Source: Mytilus trossulus
Lineage: Eukaryota
NCBI RefSeq assembly: GCF_036588685.1
Contig: NC_086379.1
Coordinates: 68,758,001 to 68,822,000 of the forward strand
Direction of reading: 5' to 3'
DNA: 64,000 nucleotides
The notes under the pieces were generated by a model, which saw only the letters and a list, made by a program, of their open reading frames with translations, was not told where the DNA came from and did not search any database. Of the stretch, positions 12,883 through 27,800 are shown piece by piece; within the stretch, counting starts at the first letter, position 1, and each line of letters opens with the position of its first letter. The position numbers and the translations under genes are program-made.

Positions 12883-15800
12883 ATGAATCAGTCAGAGGGT
12901 AAATAAAAACTCCCTAAATTACACAAATAGTCATTCCAATCTGTCAGTTTAACCAGATTTAGAAAAAAAAAGAAATATAATAATCATCAGTTATTGAGTT
13001 AATCTCGACCTCACCATTACCTTTTCATTATAGTAAAATACTCTGCAGAAATCTAAATTACAGTATCCAGCTATGTTGATAAGTCGTTCACCTAGTGGAG
13101 GGTGGTAATGGGGTAGTCCAAATAACATTATAATTATTTGGACTAGTAATGGGGTACTTTCATGACGAATAAAGCTAAAAATTCTTGCCGAATGACGTTA
13201 ATGGTAATTTTTGGTGCATGTGTGGCGGGATTGCTTCCCTTAGAAAACTTAGTAGATACTTAGTCAGCTGTAAGTGGTTGAGCTAAGGAAGTACTTCTTT
13301 AGCTCAGTCCGTTAGCGCGCTGCCTTGTAACACAGAGGTCCCGGGTTCGAGTCCCGGTGGAGACAAGTAATTTTGTAATGAAATTAGTGCTCTCCGGTTA
13401 CATTGGCGCCCAACAAGAATAACCCACGGTTAGAAGAATTACCTAGCCAGGTTAAAATATAAATATAAAAAAGATGAAAATATCATCATTATAGAGTATA
13501 ATGACTCTTGAGGTGGGGGAAGTGTGGCGGGATTGCTTCCCTTAGAAAACTTAGTAGATACTTAGTCAGCCGTAAGCGGTTGAGCTAAGGAAGTACTTCT
13601 TTAGCTCAGTCGGTTAGCGCGCTGCCTTGTAACACAGAGGTCCCGGGTTCGAGTCCCGGTGGAGACAAGCAATTTTGTAATGAAATTAGTGCTCTCCGGT
13701 TACACATGACAATAAAATATAGGCACTATATAAAATTTGCTGGTTTTCTGTAACAATAACGCCATGTTACCGTAGCCTCAATAATTATTGTTACATTTTT
13801 AATTAATCAGTTCCTTACCCAACAATACATTCCGGCAATTAGTCTCCAATGTAACAATAATATTTTTATTATTGTTACATTTCCATGTAACCGTAGCCAG
13901 TGCCTTAAAATATATAGATATAGGAAGATGTGGTGTGAGTGCCAATGAGACAACTCTCCATCCAAATAACAACTTAAAAAGTAAACCATTATAGATTAAA
14001 GAACGGCCTTCAACACGGAGCCTTGGCTCACACCGAACAGCAAGCTATAAAGGGCCCCAAAATTACTAGTGTAAAACCATTCAAACGGGAAAACCAACGG
14101 TCTTTATTATGCACATTCTATTAGACGAGTCTTCTTCTTCCTCTCTAAGTAAATTCCTCCGCAACGAAGCACCAGCTGTGTCACACAGTAAAAAAAAAAT
14201 CGAGTCACGTTAATTTTTTTCCAAAATAACGGTAACGATAATTATTTGAGACCTTTGACGAATCATGCTAAGGATATTTTGAATCAATTTGAAGCTAATC
14301 CTAGCCAAAAATGGCTGTTTGAAGCCTGACAGTAAAGGGCATTACTACTCTCCTAGTGGTTATTAGGGTAGTGACATCAATGCGTAGTTTACCCTTGGCG
14401 TGATGATAAGTTCAAACACAAATACCAAACGAGCCAACAAGATGACCAATTTAAGACTACAGTAGGATATATCTTCAATCACTAGAGGTTTTGTCAGTGT
14501 CAATAGAAGTAAAAAAAATATGGGCAATGGGAAGAAAATAGTGTCCATATATTGAGCTCTTTATATATATGAATGGACACTATTTGTTTCCCCTCTTTTA
14601 TTACTATTGTCTATTGATGGAATGTCTAGTGTCTGTACTTTATCAGGATACTGTAGGGTAGGAATGCCATTTACCGTCAGGCTTCATATGGTCTCTTTTG
14701 TCTATGGCTAGCATCAAATTGGTTAAAAGTTTACCTTAGAACGTCAAAATCTCCTTATCGTGATTTGTCAGAATTTCATTAATGTGATTAGTCAGAGGTC
14801 TCAAATAATTATTTTACTGTTATTTTTTAAGAAAAGAATTTAACAGCATTCATCAAAAATCAGTTGATTTTTTTCATCGTCTAAAAGAAAGTGTATATTT
14901 TATCGTCATGTACCAAAAATTACCGACATTAAAGAATTTTGTACCATTATTAGTCATGAAGGTACCCCAAGGCCCATCACGACCCTCACACAGTATAAGG
15001 AGCATACCAGCATAAAATATAATCAAAATTCAAATATTGAACAGCAACACACCACAGAAGCCTTGCATGGTCCATGGTCACAGATATATTATATAAGTTT
15101 AGTCCAAATAATTATGACTTGAAAGGCTACTTCATTTTTTGCTTTGACAACTTACTGCGCAGTAACTTGAGTAAGGCATCAAATTGAAAAAAATAGAATA
15201 GCCTTTCAAGAAGTCATAATTATTTGGACTAAAACAAGTTATGATCAACTTGATGAAGGCCATACAGTGACCTATAATTCTGTGTTATTTTAGATTTTTG
15301 TGGAGTTGTCTCATTGGCAATCATATCACATCTTTTTTTAAATAAGTCATATTACAGAGATAAAACTTCAAATTTTTTAAATTTACCTTTTCAATTTGAG
15401 CATTATTTAGATACTGATCATCTATTTTATATTTAAGATGCAAAAGAGGCAGTAGAAGAAGTACCCGAAGATGTTGTTCAGTTATGCAGAGAAACATTTA
15501 AAAAGACGGCAGAATATTTACATGGAGAATTAGATGGTAAGATGTTGTACAGATTAGGTACAATTAGCCACAGCAAAATTTGAAAAATTAGTCATTTAAA
15601 CATGTAGATAAACATTTAAAAAGTGTGAAAATATTTTACCTGAGAAATGTTGTACATTATGTACATGTTCCTATCTGTAGAGAAATATTTTGAAAGACAG
15701 AAAAAATATATAGAAAATAAGATGATAAAATATTGTACATGAAACATTGTAAAAATACAACAGGAATGAATAAGACAGTTAGATGTTGTATATGTTCAGT

Positions 15801-18800
15801 AAAGATTGTTTTGATGTAAATGATATTTGCAAGGTACATCTGCATTTCACACTACGACCATCAACCCCTCTAAGAAATGCATATTCAGGGTTTATGACGG
15901 GAAGTCACATATCTTCCTGATATATACAATAACTTCACCGATATTGTCAATAGTGAGTCCTCATTATCATGATTATGTGTATGTACAAATAGAATATAAC
16001 CCCCCAAGGGTAACTGGGGAAACAAAATATGGTCACTTGGTCTTCTCCCGACCGGCAGTAAAACACTTGCCAAAGTGGGGCGTCTGTTTGGCTGTGCAGG
16101 ATGTATAAGTGAGCAGCCACGTCCAGTCAGAATTGGGACGCTAAATCAGATGCTTCTTGTAAAGAGAGTGCAGGACTCTTTGCATGTAAAGAACCCTTGC
16201 AACAACTCTTTGAGGGGTCTATGTGTGGCCTGTTGCAAGGCAAAATTTTTATCCCTATCCAATATACCCTCATTTTCCTATGGTACTCCAAATTAATCCC
16301 CAAACCATCATCCCCAATGGTCTCTAATATTACACAACCTACCTATCGTATTTATTGTTAATTTGTTCTCGTCCTGAACATGCATGAAATATTTGCCACA
16401 GATATTAAGCAACCAACAATCAATTAATCAATCAATCAATCAATCGAGTAGAATTTAATGGTAAATTGTGAAACAGTTGAACTGACCAAAGTTTGAATGT
16501 TAATCTTTAACTTGCATTTAAAGCTATTTTTTGGCTCAGCAGCATATAATTTTTATGAGGTATCTACTCTGTAGTAGGACGTTCTGGTAACCTGCCTACT
16601 TAGATCAACTGAAAGAAAAATAAGCTTGCAATTTTAGAAAAAAAATAACTGTTTAATGTTTTCTATACACTCCAAAACCTTTGTACAAAATAAAAAAAAT
16701 ACATGTACTCTCAGGGGCAGATCCAGCCATTTAAAAAGGGGGGGGGGGTCCTAACCCAGGACAAAGGGGGAGTTCCAACTACATGTCCCCATTCAAATGC
16801 ATTGATCGTCCAAAAAAAAAGGGGTTGTTCCAATCCCCCGCAACCCCCCTCTAGATCCGCGCCTGACTCTGGTGTTTAAAGAAGGTAGTGAGAAAAAATT
16901 CTTCTGTATCTCCTTATTCTGATTTTTATAAACTTCATATTTTTAATGTTGTAGACCAAGAGCAACAGTAAAGTAATTTTTTATGAGAAATTTTGAATAA
17001 TTTTAGGAACCATTGAAGATTATAAGTTACTAGAGAACATGAACAGAATTACCGTAAACAAATACTCTGAAATGAAATCTACAGCTGAAGATATCGCAGG
17101 AAGATTACAGACACTTAATGATAAATGTAAGATAATTTGTAGGGGTTATTTATAAATATGCTCTTGCACTACAAGAGGGGCGAAAGATATCTGAGGGATA
17201 GTCAAACTAATAGATCGAAAATAGAATGACAATACCATGGCTGAAAGGGAAAAAGACAAACAGACAAATAATAGTACACAAGACACAACATAGAAAACTA
17301 AAGACTAAGCCATTCCCAACAAAAACTGGGGGTGACCTCAGGTGCTAAGGTTCCTTATTTGACGTGAAAAAGAATGAAATGCAAGTGACTGTGTTACACA
17401 ATCACATGAATTATTTTTATGAAAAGAATTAACAGGAATGAGTGAATTTGAAATTGTAGGATCTTTCAAAATATTAGGACTATGCACCAAGATTTAAAGA
17501 ATTTTATTTTTATTAGAAAAAATGAAAATTTTAATAGTTTTAGCATATATTTTTTAGTTTTAAATATCTGCACACACAAGAAATAAGTTAATATTCACAA
17601 CAGGTTTTTTTTTTTGTGTAAAGACTTTGCTAAATTATTTACTGGTAGTTGGTTCTAGCAAGGGTTCTATGTTCAGCAAGTTGGTTTGAAATCTACTAGA
17701 TTCTTGAAAGTTGCCTTTCATAAAAGGACATAATTACTTACAAGTCTAAAAACCAATGACTGTCTCACATGCTTGGTCTCTTATTTTTAGCTCACCTGGC
17801 CGAAAGGGCCAGGTGAGCTTTTCTCATCACTTTGCGTCCGGCGTCCGGCGTCCAGCGTTAGCTTTTACAAAAATCTTCTTCTCTGAAACTACTGGGCCAA
17901 ATTAAACCAAACTTGGCCACAATCATCATTGGGGTATCTAGTTTAAAAAATGTGTGGCGTGACCGGTCAACCAACCAAGATGGCCGCCACGGCTAAAAAT
18001 AGAACATAGGGGTAAAATGCAGTTTTTGGCTTATAACTCAAAAACCAAAGCATTTAGAGGAAATCTGACATGAGGTAAAAATGTTTATCAGGTCAAGATC
18101 TATCTGCCCTGAAATTTTCAGATGAAACGGTCAATTGGTTGTTGGGTTGCTGCCCCTGAATTGGTAATTTTGAATAAATTTTGCTGTTTTTGGTTATTAT
18201 CTTGAATATTATTATAGTTAGAGATAAACTGTAAACAGCAATAATGTTCAGCAAAGTAAGATCTACAAATAAGTCAACATAACCAAAATGGTCAGTTGAC
18301 CCGTTTAGGAGTTATTGCCCTTTATAGTCAATTTTTAACCATTTTTCGTTAATTAAAGTAATCTTATAAAAAAATCTTCTTCTCTGAAACTACTTGGCCA
18401 AATTAATCCAAACTTGGCCACAATCATCTTTGGGGTATCTAGTTTAAAAAATGTGTGGCGTGACCTGGTCAACCAACCAAGATGGCCGCCACGGCTAAAA
18501 ATAGAACAAAGGGGAAAAATGCAGTTTTTGGCTTATAACTCAAAAACCAAAGCATTTTGAGGAAATCTGACATGGGATAAAAATGTTTATCAGGTCAAGA
18601 TCTATCTGCCCTGAAATTTTCAGATGAATCGGTCAATTGGTTGTTGGGTTGCTGCCCCTGAATTGGTAATTTTGAGGAAATTTTGCTGTTTTTGGTTATT
18701 ATCTTGAATATTATTATAGATAGAGATAAACTGTAAACAGCAATAATGTTCAGCAAAGTAAGATCTACAAATAAGTCAACATGACCAAAATGGTCAGTTG

Positions 18801-21800
18801 ACCCGTTTAGGAGTTATTGCCCTTTATAGTCAATTTTTAACCATTTTTCGTAATTTAAAGTAATCTTTTACAAAAATCTTCTCCTCTGAAACTACTGGGC
18901 CAAATTAATCCAAACTTGGCCACAATCATCTTTGGGGTATCTAGTTTAAAAAATGTGTAGCGTGACCTGGTCAACCAACCAAGATGGCCGCCACCGCTAA
19001 AAATAGAACATAGGGGTAAAATGCAGTTTTTGGCTTATAACTCAAAAACCAAAGCATTTTGAGGAAATCTGACATGGGATAAAAATGTTTATCAGGTCAA
19101 GATCTATCTGCCCTGAAATTTTCAGATGAATCGGTCAATCGGTTGTTGGGTTGCTGCCCCTGAATTGGTAATTTTGAGGAAATTTTGCTGTTTTTGGTTA
19201 TTATCTTGAATATTATTTTAGATAGAGATAAATTGTAAACAGCAATAATGTTCAGCAAAGTAAGATCTACAAATAAGTCAACATGACCAAAATGGTCAGT
19301 TGACCCCTTTAGGAGTTATTGCCCTTTATTGTCAATCTTTAACCATTTTTCATAAATCTAAGTAATCTTTTACAAAATCTCCACTGAAACTACTAGGCCA
19401 CAATCATCTTTGAGGTATCTAGTTTGAAAAATGTGTCCGATGAACTGGCCATTCAACCAAGATGGCCGCCACGGCTAAAAATAGAACATAGGGGTAAAAT
19501 GCAGTTTTTTACTTATAACTATGAAACTAAAGCATCTAGAGCAAATCTGGCAAGAAGTTAAATTGTTAATCAAGTCAATATCTATCTGCCCTGAATTTTT
19601 CAGATGAATTGGACAACTGGTTGTTGGGTTGCTGCCCTCCAATTGGTAATTTTTAAAGAAATTTTGCCGTTTTTGGTTATCTTGAATACTATTATAGATA
19701 GCGATAAACTGTAAACAGCAATAATGTTCAGCAAAGTAAGATCTACAAATAAGTCAACATGACCTAAATGGTCAATTGACCCCTTAAGGCGTTATTGCCC
19801 TTTATAGTCAATTTTTAACAATTTTCATTAATTTGGTAAATTTATGTAAATTTTTACCAAATATAGTTCTCTGTTACTAATGGGCAAAGTTCATGATAGA
19901 TATAATTGTAAGAAGCAAAATCGTTCAGTAAAGTAAGAACTTCAAACACATCACCATCACCAAAATACATTTTGTCATGAATCCATTTGTGTCCTTTGTT
20001 TAATATGCACATAGACCAAGGTGAGCGACACAGGCTATTTAGAGCCTCTAGCTTTTTAGCTCACCTGGCCCGAAGGGCCAAGTGAGCTTTTCCCATCACT
20101 TTGCGTCCGGCGTCGTTAACTTTTACAAAAATCTTCTCCTCTGAAACTACTGGGCCAAATTGAACCAAACTTGGCCACAATCATCATTGGGGTATCTAGT
20201 TTAAAAAATGTGTGGCGTGACCAGGTCAACCAACCAAGATGGCCGCCACGGCTAAAAATAGAACATAGGGGTAAAATGCAGTTTTTGGCTTATAACTCAA
20301 AAACCAAAGCATTTAGAGGAAATCTGACATGATGTAAAAATGTTTATCAGGTCAAGATCTATCTGCCCTGAAATTTTCAGATGAATCGGTCAACCCGTTG
20401 TTGGGTTGCTGCCCCTGAATTGGTAATTTTGTGGAAATTTTGCAGTTTTTGGTTATTATCTTGAATATTATTATAGATAGAGATAAACTGTAAACAGCAA
20501 TAATGTTTAGTAAAGTAGGATTTACAAATAAGTCAACATGACCGAAATGGTCAGTTGACCCGTTTAGGAGTTATTGCCCTTTATAGTCAATTTTTAACCA
20601 TTTTTCATAAATCTTAGTTATCTTTTACAAAAATCTTCTCCTCTGAAACTCCTGGGCCAAATTGAACCAAACTTGGCCACAATCATCATTGGGGTATCTA
20701 GTTTAAAAAATGTGTGGCGTGACCCGGTCATCCAACCAAGATGGCCGCCACGGCAAAAAATAGAACATAGGGGTAAAATGCAGTTTTTGGCTTATAACTC
20801 AAAAACCAAAGCATTTAGAGGAAATCTGACATGGGGTAAAAATGTTTATCAGGTCAAGATCTATTTGCCCTGAAATTTTTAGATGAATCGGTCAACCCGT
20901 TGTTGGGTTGCTGCCCCTGAATTGGTAATTTTGTGGAAATTTTGCAGTTTTTGGTTATTATCTTGAATATCATTATAGATAGAGATAAACTGTAAACAGC
21001 AATAATGTTTAGTAAAGTAGGATTTACAAATAAGTCAACATGACCGAAATGGTCAGTTGACCTGTTTAGGAGTTATTGCCCTTTATAGTCAATTTTTAAC
21101 CATTTTTCGTAAATCTTAGTTATCTTTTACAAAAATCTTCTCCTCTGAAACTACTGGGCCAAATTAATCCAGACTTGGCAATCATCATCTTTGGGGTATC
21201 TTGTTTTAAAAATGTGTCCTGTGACCCGACTATCAAATCAAGATGGCCGCCACAGCTAAAAATAGAACATAGGGGTAAATGCAGTTTTTGGCTTATAACT
21301 CAAAAACCAAAGCATTTAGAGCAAATCCAACACGGGGTAGAATTATTAATCAGATTAAGATCTATCTGTCCTATAATTTTCAGATGAATCTGACAACCCA
21401 TTGTTGGGTTGCTGCCCCTGAATCGGTAATTTTAAGCAAATTTTGCTGTTTTTGGTTATTATCTTAAATTTTATTATAGATAGAGATAAACTGTAAACAG
21501 CAATTATGTTCAGCAAAGTAAGATTTACAAATAAGTCAACATGACCGAAATTGTCAATTGACCCCCTAAGGAGTTATTGTCCTTTATAGTCAATTTTTAA
21601 CAATTTTCATAAAATTTGTAAATTTTTATTAACATTTTCCACTGAAACTACTGGGCCAAGTTCATTATAGATAGAGATAAATGTAAGCAGCAAGACTAGT
21701 AAAGTAAGATTTACAAACACATCACCATCACCAAAACACAATTTTGTCATGAATCCATCTGCTTCCTTTGTTTAATATTCACATAGACCAAGGTGAGCGA

Positions 21801-24800
21801 CACAGGCTCTTTGGAGCCTCTAGTTATGTTACCATTTTATTATATGTTTTCTCTTTTCAGTGCCATTACATTCAGTTAATTCAATTTGTTTCTTTTTGTT
21901 TCACAGTAAAAGCTATGCATTTAATTAAGTACTGTGTATTATAGTCATTTGTACATTATTTTGTATTTTATTTACTTAGACAAACAATTACAGCCATTCC
22001 TAGATCAGATTGATCAGATAGAAGAAAGTGTTAATACTTTAGAGCAGGCAGCATACAAACTAGATAACTACTCAAAACGTTTAGGTAAGTTCACACACAT
22101 TTAATTTTTTAGGGTTGAAAATGCATTAATGAGGGTGGTAAAGGGTGTGCAGCGTTTTTGGTCTTTTTATTTCACATGTTTTCATGTTATGAAATTTTAT
22201 TTCTCGTGTTTGGTTCAATGTGTGTGCTTTGTTTTCCCCTTTTTAGCTCACCTTTCCTAAAAGGAAATTTGAGCTTTTCTCATCACTTGGCGTCCGTCGT
22301 CGTCATCTGTCGTCATTAACAATTTTTCAAACATCTTCTCCTCTGAAACTACTGAATGGATTTGGATGAAACTTAGCATGATTCTTCCTTAGATAATCCT
22401 GCACAAAGTTTGTGCATCGATTTTTGATCCGTCAAAAAACATGGCCGCCGTTACTTAAAATAGAACATAGGGGTCAAATGCAGTTTTTGGCTAATATCTC
22501 AAAAACTAAAGCATTTAGAGCAAATCTGACACGGGGGTTAAAATGTTCATTAGGTCAAGATCTATCAGCCCTGAAATTTTCAGACGAATCAAACAACCCA
22601 TGATTGGGTTGCTGTCACTTAATTGGTAATTTTAAGGAAATTTTGCAGTTTTTGGTCATTATCTTGAATATTATTTTAGATAAAGATAAACTGTAAACAG
22701 CAAAAATGATCAGCAAAGTAAGATCTACAAATAAGTTAATATGACCAATATTGTCAATTGACCCCTGAAGTTTTTCACAATTTGTTCATCATATTTGCTA
22801 ACTTTAAAAAATCTTCTCCTCTAAAACTACTCAACCAAATTCTACCAAACTTCATTTGAATGATCAGTAGGGTGTATAAAATAAAATATGTGTTTTATTT
22901 TCTATTTCGTCAAAAAACATGGCCGTCATGGCTAAAAATAGAACACAGGGTAAAATGCAGTTTTTGGCTTATATCATAAAAACTCCAGCATTTAGAGCAA
23001 ATAAGACAAGAAGTTAAAGTATTTTATAGGTTAAGGTCTACCTGTCCTGAAAAGCCAACTAATTTCAGGTATAATGCCCCTGAATTGATGATTTTAAAGA
23101 AATTTTGCAGTGTTTGGTTATTATCTTGAATACTATTATAGATACAGATAAACTGTTATAGCAAAAAAGTTAAGCAAAGTAAGATCTACAAATAAGTCAT
23201 TTTGACCAAAATTGTCAATTGACCCCTCAAGGAGTTATTGCCCTTTAAAGATTATTTTCACAATTTGTTCATCATGTTGACTTACTTTAAAAAAATCTTT
23301 TCCTTTGAAACTGCTGTATCAATTTCAGCCAAACTTAGGCTAAATGAGTTTCAGAGTATCTAGTATAAATTTTATATTTTATTTCCTTGTATGTCAAGAA
23401 ACATAGCTCCTATGGCTAAAATAGAACATAGGAGAAAATGATTTTTTTTTTTTGCTTTTGAAGAAAATAGGACGATTCAAATCATTTAAATAAATTGAAA
23501 AGCCAAAATAATCATTGATGAGAGATTTAACCCAAAAAAATTATGGTGAGCGATTCAGGCTCTTGAGAGCCTCTTGTTTCTTTTCCGTGTTTCGTGTTGG
23601 TACTCTTTATTTGTTTTCCCTGATTTTTATTGTCGGTGCATTAAAATATTATTTTTACTATTTTATTTCATGTGTTTCTATGTTCAGAACCCCCCTTTAC
23701 CACCCTCATTAATTTGTCAACTTGCTGAAAATGCCTAAAGTTCAGGTACAGTTCCACAAATTTTATCAAAAGGATGCAATTAATCAGGGATGGGGTAATC
23801 ATAATCTGTAATCGTAATCGATTGTAATTGATTACATTTTTTCCAGTAATCGACAGTAATCTGTAATTGAAGACATTTTCGATTACATGTAATCGTAATT
23901 TAATCAATTACAGCAAAAATCATGATGTAATCATCGATTACTTTCGATTACATTTCGATTACTTTAGAAAAAAAGTTTGATGAAATATAACCTTTTTTGA
24001 ATGAAAACATGTATTTATCATTTGAAGTACTGATATGACTTAAGAGTTTATCAGCTACCTTAATATTTTTATCTATTGTCCCAAACTGCATTATGATCAC
24101 CCAGATCCCCTATCATAATTTACTTTATGTCTAGCTTTTGAAACAAATAGATTGTTGTACTTGTCAATATATCAACTCCTTTTATATTTAAACAAGAAAG
24201 ATTTGAAATAAGAAAATAGATTTAAAATAGGAAATGTGTCTTAAGTTAACGTCTGTACTTCCTTAAAGTAGTAAGCTTATTTGTATTAAATTTCCTAAAA
24301 GCATCATTTTCAATAAGATTTAAGCTTAGAAAAGATAAACAGGTGATTTCTTATAATGTTATGATATATATTTTAATAAGTAAAAAGGTACACAAAATTC
24401 TTTAAACAATGAACGGATGCCTATATATTCATTGAAACTCTTTTCAGAAAAAGATACATGTATCCCTCATTGACACTATAAATATGTACTGTTTATAATT
24501 TTATTAGAGAATTAAAAAAAAAAAAACAAACTTTCTTGTCTTCACTAATCAGATGATCAAAGTCTTCTAATCACTATATAAGACACATACTTTGTTTTTA
24601 TTTCAATTACTGTTTTTCTAATTAAGAAGGATATTTACATTAGTTTGCCCCAGGTTATGAATTGTACTCCATTGGGTTCATTCCCTCTATTCCCACTTTT
24701 TAAAAATAAGGTAAGAAAAAGTAAAATTTCATGTGGGAATAGGAGGAAAACTTGTGCAAACAAAGGATTATACTGTACAAACATTTTTTAATCAACTGTT

Positions 24801-27800
24801 AATTGACCAGTGATTTTTTTTATTAAAACAAGTAAAAAAGCTATTTGTATGAATTCTGTTTTATTTTAAACAAAATAAATATGAAAGAAATTAAAATAAA
24901 TATAAGTAAAATATAAATTTTTTTCATTACTTTTATAACACAAATTCAACTGTAGATTAAAGCAAGCATAATGTAACACAAATTATACAACAGCACTTAA
25001 TCAAATCACACATTGTAGCACAAACTTTAAACAATCACTGTTTACAAGTCTATTAAAGTTTGTCAATCTTTTCCACGTGAAGAAGGTAGGAGGCTGCATC
25101 ACCAAATTCTTTTTTTTTGTGACTTCATGGTTGCAGTGTCTAATCTTAAGTTCGTCTAATCTGTGGTTGATTTCTACATACTTCTTTTTGGCGGCCACTC
25201 ATTTCCAACCGGCTGCATACTGAATCATGGTCAGGGCGTTGAAGCCTTCCTCAAAGTTCCGAAGTTTAATAAGTTGAAAGATGTTCTCATGTAGATGATT
25301 TGTTGTCCTTGGTCCTTGTGTTAAGTAGTTGTCCCAAAGGTTACTTCTATTCAACCCAGTATGTTGTTTCATAGTTTAAAGGCTATGTAGTTTATGTTGG
25401 TATCAATCTGATCGGTTCATTCCCTCTATTCCCACTTTTTAAAAATAAGGTAAGAAATTCTTTGATGAAAAAGAAAAATATTACAAATAAACAAGTACCA
25501 ATTATGTTATGTTTTTTTTTTAAAAATACAGGTAAATTTTCCCGATTGTCCCACTTTTTGAAATTACAGGTAAAAAGGTAATGAAACTTTGTGGGACAAT
25601 CGGGAATATGTTTGTGGGACAATTGGGAAGTTTAAATGGGGGACAATTGGGAACTGTTTTTATAATGATTAATTTGTTTTTATAGCGTGTTGCAGTTAAT
25701 CAAAGGTTACTAATCAATGTAACTTATAAAATATGAACAAAATAAGAACAAATAATAATATTTACATATTTTATTTTGCTCATAGTAGGTACAATTGAAG
25801 TATCATATAATATTAAATGAAGTCTTTTAAAAAAAACATTTTTTTTTAGTCAGTACTGCGAGTACTCTCAGATCTGTACTTAGTGTCTTTAATGTGGTGA
25901 TGTCCCAAACCAGGAGCCTGTCAGTCAGTGGTTGTCGTTTTTTGCCGTGTAACATATTTGTTTTTCGTTCATTATTTTGTACATGAATTATGCAATTAGT
26001 TTTCTCGTTTTACATTAGTCGTTTTGGGGCCTTTTGAAGCTATGTGGTATGGGATTTGCTCATTGCTGAAGGCCGTATGGTGACCTATAGTTGTTAATTG
26101 CTGTGTCATTTGGTCTCTTTGAGAGAGTTGTCTCATTGACAATCATACCACATCTTCTTATTTCTTATGGAAGTTTGGCTCTTTTTTATAATTGGTGAAG
26201 AGTCCTGTTGACTGCAAAAACAATGGGAAAATTGGAAAAACAACCTTTAATAGTGATTCTTGGAAAGGCTGATCTGGAAAAATTCTAGACAGCAGCAAAT
26301 TTAGAGAAAGTAGATGGGGGTACAAGAACTGATTTTACCAGAAGCATGTGCATCCCATATACAAAAAAAATCTTTCAAAATTTCTCAAATATGTATTTTT
26401 TCAATGAATTATAACAAAGAGGTTGAAATAATTAGATTTGTGTTCTAAAAAAAGAGAAAATTCCAAAATTGACAACAGAATGGTCAATTTGACACAAAAA
26501 AGCAATAAAATTTTATAAAACTTTCTTAAATTAACACCTACTTCTAGTGTTTTTTTAAAGTTAGATCTATTCAGATTGGTCCACTCTATCTTTATTGAAA
26601 GTATGAAAAAAGTAAAGTTTAATTGTGAAACTGTGATTTTTTTTCATGATAATAGCCCAAAAATGGATAACATTTGATGAAAACTGAGAAAATTTTCAGA
26701 ATTGGGTACTTTCAAATGGCTGTAGCAAAAATAAGTGCACCACCATCTCATTTTCGTCACCAATTATTTTTATAGAGTCATATATAAACCCCAAAATCAG
26801 GTTCAGAAAAAAAGTTTAATTCAAGACCTTAAAAGATATTTTTCATCAATCAGAAATATTATATTTTTTTAATCAAAAGTGTATTAATCTAATGATTTAA
26901 AAAACATTTTTTTTTATTCTTTTATAAAATTAATGTTAAATGTGCAATAATAAATTCTTGTTTATTTAGCAAAACAAACAACAGTTACCTTGTTTATCTA
27001 AGAACATTTTACTACATAAAATAATGTGGGACAATCAGAACTTTTCATGTGGGACAATCAGAACTCTAAAATTTTAAAAAGTGGGACAATCGGGAATAAA
27101 CCGAAATTCTAATTAACCTTGATTGTTATAAAAACAAATTATTTATCAAAACATCTATTGTTATTTGCAAGTGGGAATAGAAGGAATAGTATTTTTTAAA
27201 AGTGGGAATAGGAGGAAGACACCCTCCATTGGCAGTTTTATAACCTATAATTAGGGTGGTTATCAAACAAAAGGATTAAATCATGCCTGTTATTATAACT
27301 TATTATAATTATCAATTTTGACCTTTAAATAGCTGAACTAATTCATAATTCTATATTTTTATATTTTCTTTAGAGAAAACTTCCAACATTATGAATAACT
27401 ATGCTAATACATACCTGCCTCTAATGAATAAAAACAAAAAAAGCTAACTTAAATCAGTATGAAAGCAAAAGTATTGAAAAAACCCTAAACATATCTATAA
27501 GTGATAGATGGAATGCCATTGCCATGTCATCTCTAATTCATGTAGAAAGTAAAAATTTCAAGATTTTTTTTAATAATTCTGATCCTCAGTAGGAGATTCC
27601 ATCTAGATAATAACTGTCAACTTATTATTTAGAAACCATGTTTTAATTCATAAAGTTCTAAATTTCAACTTTACAAACGTTGAACAACATATTAAATTGC
27701 TTTTAACTTACTATATATTTCTATTAAGTTTTAAAGTATGTAATCGACAGTAATCGAAAAGTAATGTAATTACTTTTGGTAAAGTAATCGATTGCAATCG

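Noticed and set aside
13290-13670. Two tRNA genes (Thr/Tyr-like)
   Set aside because: Acceptor and anticodon stems pair poorly, and both copies lie inside the LTRs of a TSD-flanked element.
20673-22603. Short ORFs in the ~500-bp tandem units
   Set aside because: Not conserved in frame between units; chance ORFs in a non-coding repeat.
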